The position numbers were made by a program, and so were the translations under genes. Below, in pieces: positions 25,030 through 36,505 of a stretch of 64,000 bases of DNA; the stretch's first letter is position 1; each line of letters begins with the position of its first letter. Source of the stretch: Takakia lepidozioides (lineage: Eukaryota; Plantae; Bryophyta); NCBI GenBank assembly GCA_030704615.1, contig CM060732.1:8184001-8248000 (forward strand), in the 5' to 3' direction. Below the pieces are notes generated by a model that saw only the letters and a list, made by a program, of their open reading frames with translations, did not search any database and was not told the origin of the DNA.

Positions 25030-25550
25030 ATCTTGGTTTCTCAATCCCAAACCCTTTTCCCTCGTTTCAATCATACCCCGGTGAGAATATGCAATTGGTC
25101 ATCTAAGTTCAAAGAGTTTGATCCCCAACCACCTCTTACCGTATCTGTCATGTCCTGGGTTAATGCCTCCACATTCGTGTGGATCTTGGGAAGACCTCTG
25201 GCGGACCTCCAGCTGGACCCCAAAGAATGGGAATGGGCCTTTGATAAGTGGAATAGCAAATGGAGTCACTTTGGATTCTTGAATGAGAACTGGCCAGCAA
25301 TCTGGTCTTCTATCTGGCTAAAAATTAGGCCTGCCAAGATCTCGGCGTTTTTATGGCAAGTAGCGAGCAGAGCCCTAAAAGTGGGAGAATGGTTGCAATT
25401 CCATGAAGCTTTACTGTGTCGATGCTGCTCCTCGGGTATCATTGAAACTCATGAGCACTGTCTTCTCCAGAATGGCAGAACCCACTACATCGAGCTCAAA
25501 GAATGCTCACCCATAACCTAAGACGTCAATGCTCTTGTTTCCCTTTGAAA
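25030..25550 (+). mobile_element. L1-like LINE C-terminal (zf-RVT) fragment with internal deletion
   Basis: TPVRICNWSS...TFVWILGRPLADLQLDP aligns with TPIRVCCWSS...TFLWIYGHPLAELQFDP at ~4640-4800; ISAFLWQV...LCRCC...ETHEHCL. Confidence 0.78.
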
Positions 25551-25671
25551 CTACTACTTGTGGTCCCGAATGAAACTGTAGGATGCAATTCGGGTTCACT
25601 TGTACAGAGACCATGAGACAGGCTTTATCAGCACAGCTGTGTAGGTAGGCCACCCTGTGCATGCAGCCTTC

Positions 25672-26997
25672 TCAGCCTACTTGCACATCGATGACTGCTT
25701 TCTTCTTCTCCGCCTTTACCTTTGGCACCACCACATTCAGTACTCCATTATTAAGTTTTGCTTTGATCTTATCAACTTGTACGTAGTCAGGGAGAAGCAC
25801 CCGTGTGCTGTAAGATACATAGCTTCTGGAAACCCATTTGTCCTCACCATCGATCTCTTCTGCTTTGTGCTCGCCCTTGATGACTAAAGTCCCATCTTCA
25901 ACTGTCGCGTTCACCTGAATCATTTCAGATACAAACTTGATTAATGATGGGAGGAACTGAAACAACTGCAACAAACACAAAAGGAATGTGTACTTCAACA
26001 ATCCACAGGGAAATTACATTGTTGACCACATGTGAAAAAATACTTCTCAAACCCAAAAGTACCTTCATCACCAATTCAGGCATCTGAACCATAGTCACAT
26101 TCCTAACTTCTCCAGCTGTCATGCGTAACATGCTCTACCATTGAATACCTACCTCCTCCTTGCTGAGCCCTGGCATGTCCACCCGGAGCTTAAACCCTTC
26201 CTCGTCCTCCATGACGTCCCAAGGGGTGCGAGCCGTTGAGGTGGTGGTGTTTTGGGTGGCACGTGATGGAGTGGAATAGAAAGGAACATCAAAGTGGCGG
26301 TCAACTGTGTCCATCATCTGCAGCAGACTCCTCGAGGAAAGGAAGGGATCCCACAAATCTGCAGCCATAACACCGTGGAACAGTCAACTCCTTGGCGAAT
26401 ATCATCTCGTGGAGGACCCGGGAGGACTCAGACTTCTGTTCGCTAGAAACGGTGCACGTTTTGCGTCTATATGAGCAGCAACTCCCTCCAAATCTCTGGA
26501 GCAGAACTCCAACTTTATCTTGAAATATTCTATGACCTCAGTAAGGACTGACTGGGTTTCTGATAATTCGATACTCTTTAAAAGCAATGTGCGCAAGTTC
26601 AAGAAGCAAACCGCCGCAAAAAGACGAACTAGAAAAACTGATGGTTCAGATAGTTCTCAACATAATATCTTACCAAGAAGTGCCCCCAATGGTGTGGCGG
26701 TCGGATCTGCCTCTTCCTCTCCCTCTTGGGCGATTGGCGACCTCCCTCGGGAGTGGTATTCCGGACGTTAATGCTGGAGCTTGAGTCTCCTGAACCGTTG
26801 CCCTCCTGTGCAGCAGAGGTAGCCATTGGGCGGACGCCTGGCTGGAGACGGACAGCGTTAACATACCCCTCTTTCATTCCAAAGAACGAGGCTTTCAAGC
26901 ACGCGAGCTTTGCTGAGGCAGCGCGAGCGGGCATCGCAGATGGAACTCCAAGCATCGTAACTGGAGTTGCGATGGTGGACAGCGCACAAGCGGCCAT
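25672..26997 (-). CDS. HSP21: Organellar (probably plastid) small heat-shock protein, HSP21-like; exons 26997-26674, 26358-26153, 25914-25672; apparent 1-nt frameshift late in exon 1 as assembled
   Basis: Ala/Ser-rich transit-like N-terminus; LWDPFLSSRSLLQMMDTVDR (Met-rich region); RTPWDVMED...LRVDMPGLSKEEV...LVIKGE...LP...IKAKLNNGVLNVVVPK...VIDVQV alpha-crystallin domain; GT-AG introns. Confidence 0.88.
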
Positions 26998-27578
26998 GAC
27001 AACTTGACTTTTAAACTGCAAAATTGCGAAGCAATGTGAGAACGTCATCACGACAGACCATGTGGGTAAGGCGAATGTCAGAAAGAAAGATATATAGCTG
27101 AGTCCACAGGCTGAAATACTTGGGACTCAGAGAAAGAAGCAACATCCTTCACACAACTCAAACTTTCCATCACTAAGTCTGAAACCCAACCGAATACAAA
27201 CCACGAAGGAAACAACGATAGGATGAAAATGGGTGAAGATGTCCTCCAACTGAGAGACTAAGAACGTTTCGACTCACAACGCCAACTGGGAACCTGGATA
27301 CTTACCCAAAAACCTCTGTCGAGCTGAAGGACAAGTGCAAGCTCAGAACCCAGCTACACCGGCGATATTTCACACCAAAGTAGGGCAGAGAGACTCGAAA
27401 TCTCCACCCTATCCCCTGACTGGGCAGAGACGAAGAACTTCAGGCACGATAAGTGGAAGAAAAGTCAGTTAAAACACTTGCCAAGGTCGGAGAACGAGCG
27501 AGTATGTATGGAACTCCAAAGGATACGCATCACCCAAAAAAGGATTACGCATCACCATGCCGTTGCTGCCTGTGAGAC

Positions 27579-28875
27579 AGTGGAATAGAAAGGAACATCA
27601 AAGTGGCGGTCAACTGTGTCCATCATCTGCAGCAGGACTCCTCGAGGAAAGGAAGGGATCCCAACAAATCTGCAGCCATAACACACCGTGGAACAGTCAA
27701 CTCCTTGGCGAATATCATCTCGTGGAGGACCCGGGAGGACTCAGACTTCTGTTCGCAGAATACGGTGCACGTTTTGGTCTATATGAGCAGCAACTCCCTC
27801 CAAATCTCTGGAGCAGAAATCCAAACTTTATCTTGAAATATTCTATGACCTCAGTAAGGACTGAATGGGTTTCTGATAATCGATACTCTTAAAAGCAATG
27901 TGCGCAAGTTCAAGAACGCAAACCGCCGCAAAAAAGACGAACTAGAAAAACTGATGGTTCAGATAGTTCTCAACATAATATCTTACCAAGAAGTGCCCCC
28001 AATGGTGTGGCGGTCGGATCTGCCTAGCCCTCCCTCTTGGGCGATTGGCGACCTCCCTCGGGAGTGGTATTCCGGACGTTAATGCGGAGCTTGAGTCTCC
28101 TGAACCGTGCACCTCCTGTGCAGCAGAGGGACCATTGGCGGACGCCTGGCTGGAGACGGACAGCGTTAACATACCCCTCTTTCATTCCAAAGAACGAGGC
28201 TTTCAAGCACGCGAGCTGTGCTGAGGCAGCGCGAGCGGGCATCGCAGATGGAAAACTCCAAGCATCGTAACTGGAGTTGCGATGGTGGACAGCGCACAAG
28301 CGGGCCATGACAACTTGACTTTTAAACTGCCAAATTGCGAAGGCAAGGTGAGAAAGTCATCACGACAGACCATGTGGGTAAGGCGAATGTCAGAAAGAAA
28401 GATATATAGCTGAGTCCACAGGCTGAAATTACTTGGGACTCAGAGAAAGAAGCAAATCCTTCACCCAACTCAAACTTTCCATCACTAAGTCTGAAACCCA
28501 ACCGAATACAAACCACGAAGGAAACAACGATAGGATGAAAATGGGTGAAGATGTCCTCCAACTGAGAGACTAAGAAACGTTTGACTCACAACGCCAACTG
28601 GGAAACCGGGATACTTACCCAAAAACCTCTGTCGAGCTGAAGGACAAGTGGCAAGCTCAGAACCCAGCTACACCGGCGATATTCCACACCAAAGTAGGCA
28701 GAGAGACTCGAAATCTCCACCCTATCCCCTGACTGGGCAGAGACCGAAGAACTTCAGGCACGATAAGTGGAAGAAAAGTCAGTTTTAAAAACACTTGCCA
28801 AGTAGGAGGAGAACGAGCGAGTATGTATGGAACTCCAAAGGATACGGCATCACCAGCCGTTGCTGCCTGTGAGAC
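27579..28875 (-). pseudogene. Partial tandem duplicate of 26270-27578 (upstream region, exon 1, intron 1 and part of exon 2 of the sHSP)
   Basis: Junction CCTGTGAGAC|AGTGGAATAGAAAGG at 27578/27579; the copies differ mostly by 1-2 nt indels. Confidence 0.85.
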
Positions 28876-28877
28876 CT

Positions 28878-28949
28878 CTCTAGAATGTGCCATGGAGCTT
28901 CTAGATTCTAGACCTTCCCTGCCCAAACGGAGATCGGGCCTCTCTAGAA
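28878..28949. promoter_or_regulatory. Cluster of heat-shock-element-like sites upstream of the sHSP
   Basis: CTCTAGAA (28878), TTCTAGATTCTAGACCTTC (28899), CTCTAGAA (28942): imperfect alternating nTTCn/nGAAn units 5' of an sHSP. Confidence 0.55.
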
Positions 28950-30149
28950 CCGCGCTTGCGACTCGCGAAAGTGACGGCATTCACCTGACCCACACTTGCG
29001 AGATCAGCCCACGTGGCTACTTCGACACCTTATATGCAAGAGAAGCCTGGGTACCCTGCAAAATTTTTCACGTCGCAAATCTCATGAGCTCAACGGGCGT
29101 TGTGAGATTTCTACTGATTCTTTGAATGTCTCAAGTGTAACATTCGAGAGCCGAAGATTCTCAAAATTATAACTTCTTCTTAAGATTGATGTCGTGAGGT
29201 GAGTGGGTACTTCACTTGAATTGCTTGCATTCATCTTCACAGATTGTAAAGAATCTCTAGATAGATAATCCAATCTTGAGTACCTGTCAGATGCCTGACT
29301 TGTGCAGGCATTTGCAACGTCGAATTTTCTGTTACCAACATGGATACAAACATTCACACTGAGTCAATTCCTTCGTTCTTTTCTCGACAGTTCTAAGTCT
29401 AACGAGCAATTGATGCCTCCCACACAAACACACTTAGCTTTCTTACACAAACAAAGAATTACTAGCTTAAAGACGGTTAAGCATTTGATCTGCACGTTTG
29501 AAGTTTGAACCCATTTGAGGTTATGATTTCGTTCCAGGCTTAGGGGCCAAGTGAAGATAGTGGAAGGTCCAAAAATGCACTGAAAGACCCAGACCTGCAC
29601 ATCTTCTGCGACTGAGAATCAGCTCTCAAAGTACTCAAGACCAGGAAGGACACAACTATGTATACATTCCCGAACTTCAGAGCGTACAACTTGGACGTCG
29701 TCGACACAGTTAACAGATAAAGAGAATAATTTGTCAAGTCATTTGCCACTTGATCCGCCTGTGATTGACGGAGAGCTGGAAACATGACACTATGTTGCTG
29801 CTTGTTTCTGTAAATGTAGCCTAACGACCAGATTTGCAACTAAACAAAGCACCGAAGCTAAACTGGCTGTTTGTGTATCCTGAGTGAGTTAAACCCCACC
29901 CACGCTGATTTTGAGGTTTCAAATGTCAAACATGTATTGTGGCATCCTTCATGTCCCCTTGCTGTAAGTCACTTCTCTTTTGGTGATTGGCTTGTTTATG
30001 CAGCATTATGCTGGTTCTACGAGAATGTCCTTGGCACACTCAAAACTCTTCAATGGATACTCATCCAAGCACCGAGTTGCATATGATTTATTCGATTGGC
30101 GGTGTCTTGTATATGGCTGCATGGACAAATGATGTTAGTCGTCTTCATG

Positions 30150-33100
30150 GGACACATGATCTTTAGGGGCAGTTTGCGAGGACTTCACTGACCCTCGCTC
30201 CATGCAGAAAACTCCACAATACTCTCAAAAGTATATTGAATACATCCAATCGCTGATGGCACTGTTCGACACTCAAATGTTAAGGGCCATTCAGTTTAGA
30301 TTCTCAAACAATTGCACGCATTGGCAGCAGGTAAGAGCACCCACCAGTTTAGAAACACACATTCAATTAGGACATGCAAATGCAACCAGCTTACCTGTGC
30401 CATAGTGCACGGCTAGTTGGTGGTCGACATCTTCTCAAGTCGTCATAAACTCCATGGTAAACGGGTCGCGGCCTTTCCCGAGCAGACTGACCACATTTCG
30501 TCCAATGAAGGTGGAAGCAGTAATTGAGACTGATGTGCCCAGGGTCAAGAGCTCACTTTCAAACCATTCGTTGCATCAGATGGTTGTAGTAAGTTCACTG
30601 TTGAGAATTTGGGTGTTGTCGTGGAAACTGATGGAACTGCTGAAATACCCATAATCCATTTCGATGACCCTCGCAGGGCAAGAAACTTACATGCACAACA
30701 AGAGTGACCACCAGAACAGAAGGCCATTGGGGGATGTGACAAGTTAGCGTGATCAAAGGTAGACGGGTAAACAATATACATTATTACTGTTGCTAGGCTG
30801 TTAAGTCCTTATCCAATTCCTTCCGCATTATCTCAATGCTTATGAGGTCTGGGATGTCCTTTTCTACCACTTCCAAAGCAGGGTGGCTCAGTGGACCATA
30901 GCAAACCTGCTGCCTTGCTTCTTCATCCGACACCAAACTGCTCAATCCTGGATCACCTGACCCCCACTGAAAGAGGCGTCTACTTATTGTCTCCATAGTT
31001 CCAAAGGGATCATCACCAATTGAATCAGTTGCAATTAATTCTCTGGAGATATCATCAATCCAATTCTGGGATGAAGAACCTCTGATAGCCATGTCCATTG
31101 GATGTCCTTCCTTGGCCTTTTCCTTCCCCATTCTTGGCCCTGCAGGCTCCACGACATTGCATTGCAAAACTCGGCCTCCAGGAAGAAAAACTTCTGCCCG
31201 TTCTGAGCCTCGTCCATCTTCCTGAATCTCGTCCACTATACAAGGTCTTGGACTGGTATGGTGATCTCACTGCAGCCTGATTTGCTCGAAGGAAGGTTTA
31301 TCAATACAGGTCGATCCTTAACTCCTGTGCATTTGTCCTCACACGATTGATGAATTTCTAGGATTCCAACTGCCTTGCCTTCCTTCCTCAGTCCAATAAG
31401 CCCGCTTCTGTTGAGCTTGTTTTCGTGACCTTCTTTCTCCACGTATTGACCTTTTCTCAACATAATAATCGGGGGGGCTTCAGCATGCCCATCAATGTCC
31501 CCCCCTTCTTTTGCTGAATGTCTGGGTTTGCTTTTTCTAAAATACCCTGCTTGAGACAGGGATCTGGTCATGCCAAAGTCATCTCTAACATCTGCATTGC
31601 GCCTGAGAAAGCCCAAGTGACAAACCGGCTATGGATGTCCCCGAGACCTTGAATTGCTGGCTTCCGTTCAAATACTCTTTTGCCCTTTGTGGCAACCATT
31701 TCAAACTTATCCGTCTCCTGCAAACTGGTGATTCTAGCACACCTTCCCTTCTTCCTGAATGCTTCAAAATTCGTGATGGACCACTTTGAGCCTGCTGGAG
31801 AATTATGTCCGATTCTCTCACAGTTTTTAGGATCAAGATGCACGTTATTGGGACAACTGCTCGACTTGCACCCAGAAGGTTTGTTTTTGGTGGCCTTCCA
31901 TTGGAGCAGCTTAAATCCACTAGAGCACAGAGTAGTGCCACTCACTTTGTCCTGCCACCGCAAAGTGATATTTCGCCAGAGAGTCTTCTTCTTTTGTCGG
32001 ACTTCACGGCCAGCCAATGTTCCCACATTTTTCCTCTGGTTCTTCTTAATTGCTTGGATTTCACCAGCTACTAAAATCTTTCCTGCACGACTATGCTCCA
32101 CTCCCTGATGGGATCTCCATGTGGGCTCCCCAACATCTACACCAGTCATACTTTTGTGGCTCAAAAGATTACAGCTTGATAGATCTAGACACACTTTGGG
32201 GTCTCTATCTTCTGCCCGAGTTTTGGTCACTTTCACCTTGGCAGCTTTGCTGTTAGGCGCCCGGGAGGCCGAATCAAAGACTTCTGGTTCCCTTACGTGT
32301 GATTTTCTGCTTCGCAAGCACCACTGCTTCATTTGCTCTACTGCCTAGCATCCAGAAATATGGAAAGTTTCTCCTGGGCTGATGTTTTCCATTCATTAGG
32401 GAGACGACTACATCAGGCTGCTTCAATTTTTGTGTCACTCCCTCTCTTTGAATGTCGGGCATTGCCCGCTCCTCCAGGTCCCAGATCTCTACATCTTCTT
32501 CCGACTTTCGCAAGCACTTTCTTTCAGGGTAAATTTCCATATCATTCACTCTCATCTGTCCTTCCAAAGCTATGTCCTCCTTGTTCTCTGCATTGGAACT
32601 CGCCATGCCTTTCTCTGTGAAAAGACGTATGTGTCTGGTTTCCAATTCAGGAACAAATGTTGCGTGGGCTTGAAATAGGTGTTGACCAAAGCCTATTTGA
32701 CGGGGCATCCTGTGCGTTCTCTGCCAGCCCAATGTTCAATGTATTTAATCCTCTCTTTGTAGTACAGTACAGAGGGTCAGGTGGTTGGGCCTGGGACTGA
32801 TGACGTCCTTTACCAAAAATCCATCTTCGCAGGGCTCCCCTCAGTAGCTCATTGTTCAATTTACCTTTGCATGTCATATTGGGCCCTACCAATGTGTGCT
32901 GGTCAAGCTCCAACTCGGTGGATGAAGCACCAGGTTGAAATCTCTTGCCTCTTTGAAAAATTTGCCTCAGATTGCAACTCCTGCAATTTCTTAACTTTCT
33001 TTAACCAACTGTGGGCCTGCCGTCCGACATTCGTCGGGCTCGTATGGTATATCTGCACTAGCAAGTTCACATTTAAGTTGGCATCTCAATGGATGAGCAC
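30150..33100 (-). mobile_element. Decayed intronless coding region ending in a probable Ulp1/C48 protease domain (MULE/CACTA-type cargo)
   Basis: Chain of minus-strand ORF fragments; WSLLLC at ~30700 and a near D(C)GMYSIYF string at ~30240 in Ulp1 motif order, both needing frameshift repair. Confidence 0.4.
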
Positions 33101-33199
33101 CTGGAAACTCGCAGGAAGTGCTTGTAAGGAAGTCACCAAGACAAAGTAACTAAGATGTCAGTTGAAGTGCACTAGCTTATGAATGAAAGAAATAGAATA

Positions 33200-35000
33200 A
33201 AAGGGGAAGAAAAACTCTAGAAAGATGCAGTGTTTGCATGGACAGCTGAATGTCAACAGGCTTTTGAGGAACTTACATTGTCAGTAACAATTACACCTGT
33301 GCTGATTACCCTCACTGGGGTAGTATTTCATGTTCACTGTGATGCCTCAGGGGAAGCGATGGGAGCGGTGTTAGCCCAAAATGTTACAGGAAATATAGAT
33401 TCACCTGTGTACTATGCTAGCAGGTTGATGAACAGTGGTGAAAGGAACTATAGTACAACTGAAAGAGAAGCACTGGCAATGATTTATGCAGTCAAGAAAT
33501 TCAGGCATTACCTATTGGGAAGAAAGTTTATGTTTTATGTGGATCACCAGGCTCTGATATATCTGGTGAAAAAACCTTTGATAAGTGGAAGGATAGCAAG
33601 GTGGTTAATAATCTTGCACGAGTTTGAGTTCGAAGTGGTTTACAAGCCTAGCCGTTTGCATCTTGTGGCAGATCATTTGTCACGCCTAACAACAGGAGAG
33701 CCCGCCACAGGAGTAAACGACCAATTTCTTGATGCGAGTTTATTTGCAATGGAGGTGCAGGGGAGTACAGATGAATGGTTAGATTGGCAGTGGCTAATCA
33801 GATACTACCTTACTCATGGTTAGTGCCCACCTAGTTATGGTAGGAGCAGGGAAGAGAATCGCTATCAAGGCTTTACCTTATATTATGTAGGGGCAGAGAA
33901 TGTATAGCTAGGACTGATGGAGTACTAGAGCTTGTACCACCATGAAGTAAATAAAGTTTTGGATGAAGTTCATAAAGGAGTGGCTTGGAGGTCATTGGAG
34001 AAGAGACTACCAGTAGGAAGATACTACTTGCAGGTTACTGGTGGCCTACTTTGTTCGAAGATGTACACAAGTATGTCAGAGTTGTGTGAGAAGTCAGAGG
34101 CTAGGTCTTTTGCAAAGATCTGGGAAGATGACTTTGCATCCTACGATGCCTACTGAACCATTTCAGAAATGGGGACTAGACTTTGTTGGACCAATTAATC
34201 CACCAGCCAAAGAATACACAGAACAAGTACATAATTACAGCCACTGATTATACTACGAAGGGGGGTGGAAGCTAAAGCTCTGAGGGACAACACAGCAAGT
34301 CCACAAACAAGGTTCATGTATGAGAACATACTTACACGATTTGGCTGTCCCCTGGGAATTTATCAGTGACCAGGGAAGTCACTTCATTAATGAGACCATT
34401 GAACTATTGACTAAAGAGTTCATGATTGTGCATAGGAAGAGTACAACATATTACCCACAGGGTAATGGGCAGGCAGAGGCTACCAACAAAATACTATGTA
34501 CTATCTTGGCTAAGATAGTCAATGCAACAGAACGGATTGGGATACAAAGCTGCTGACAGCTTTGTGGTCATACAAGACTCATATAAAGTCACCACTAAGT
34601 ATACACCATTCCATTTAGTTTATGGTAGGAAGCTTTACTTCCAGTGGAATTCTTGTTACCTACCATGAGAACTGAATGGGGAAGGAGAATGGATTGGAAG
34701 ATTCAATTAAGGTCCGGAAAACTGACTTATACCATGTGGAAGAAGTACGTGATGATGCAGCTGATAACATGACCAGAATTCAGATGAAGAGGAAGGAACA
34801 GTTTGATGAAGGTAAATTAAAGACTTTTAAGACGGGAGATTTGGTTCTCTGGTTGCAGAAGAAGGGGAGATTAAAGCTTCTAAGCTTAAATCACCATGGA
34901 AATGACCTTATGTCATACAGAAGATGTTATGATAAAAACACCGCCATGTTACAACCATTAACAGAAGAGATGATGGGAAGAGTCAATGTCAATAAGTGAA
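33200..35000 (+). mobile_element. Ty3/gypsy pol fragment: RT connection, RNase H and integrase (decayed)
   Basis: FAWTAECQQAF, FHVHCDASGEAMGAVLAQ, YYASRLMNSGERNYSTTEREALAMIYAVKKFRHYLLG, VDHQAL, PFQKWGLDFVGP, ISDQGSHF, STTYYPQGNGQAE. Confidence 0.93.
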
Positions 35001-36505
35001 GGGGTACAGTGGTCTCCATGACAACCATTGCAGGACGATTTGCATGTGAAACGCAAAAGCAATCACGGCTGCCGCCAGTGATACCAACGGAGTATGGAGC
35101 ATTGTCATTAAGCCGGCGTGATATGACCAAAGGAAGAAGTACAAGTGTCACACAGCCTATCCAGCCCATCAGGAGCGTGCACAGCCTATCACAACCCATC
35201 ACAGTGCACACAGCCTGCTAATAGTAATTGTGGGCCCATTATGCATTAGTGTAAGGGTAACGGAACCCTTTTCGAGTACAAAAAAAAAGAAACCATGCCA
35301 CATGTGTTGTCCTACTGGACATTCAAGGTGGGAATGTCCATGGATGGGGGGAAGGAAATTAAAAAAATTACCTAAGCAGTCCACAGCCAATCAGGAGTGC
35401 GAATTACATGCAGGTGGTTCCTTCCAAGAAGACAAAGAACAAGAAATAGGAAGTGTTATGAGCGGAAGAATCGGGGTGGCTCTGATAGCCAAGGTCTCGA
35501 CGGAAAGGGGCGATCAAAGCACTAGTTTTGTAGCGTATGGCAGATGTAACGGATTTACACCTCGCTTTACTTCTCACGCAGTTGGCGCAAGGACGGAAGC
35601 ATTGAGAGTACATTTTTCTCTCACTCGATACTTGCAAGCCCCAAGGCTTACACGCACTTACCTGTTCCTTCTGTTGCCAACCATACCTTCATGCTCTGTG
35701 CCCTGCAAGCTTTCCTTCAGAGGTTTCAAACAAAGCCTTTTTGTTTGTCTAGAATGAAGAGAGTGAGGGGAATGGAGGATATCAGGGTGAAGAGCACCAC
35801 GATTTTGCAGAAAGAAAGAAGAAGCAAACAATTGCAGCACCGCAGGCGTACAACTGCTAAGGGAGTTGCGATTGGAGGGGCTGCTAAGAGGACTGGTCAT
35901 TGCATCATCGGCAGTATATGATTCAATTCTTCATAACTTGAAGCCTCGGACGGGAGTTACTCAGTGAGGGGAGTAGATATAGAAATACTCCCCAGGACCT
36001 GCAACAATTGTTTGATTGCCATCAGGTAATGTGAATGTGGATGAGCACAGGGCAAGATTGCAGATAGGGAATTTGTTCCAAGAAGGTAGTTTCGTTTAAA
36101 ACCAAAAGTTACGCTTGTACCAAAGCCGAGTACCCAGGGCTTAGGGAAGTTGGCCCAAATATGAACGTTCTGATTGCCAGAAACAGAACCAACAGTACTT
36201 GAGCAAGGTCATTCACAGAGGAGGAGATCCTGAAAGCTTTGAGGGGCAGGATGTCGCTTGGGCGGAGTTAATGTACAATGGACTAGTGACGAGATGACGA
36301 GGTTACAGGGCACTGCTGTCAGTCTCCGCTCATGTGTCTGGTCAATTATTGCCCAATCATTCTTGATTCTTGCATACTTGATACTCGGGAAACGTAAGGA
36401 GATGGAGTGTGTTGAGGCAGAAACCACTGCAATGAAGAGCAGGGCTCTTCACATAGTGAGGGTGGACTGGCAGGGCAACACCAGTCTAAGAGACAGAGGC
36501 GGGGG

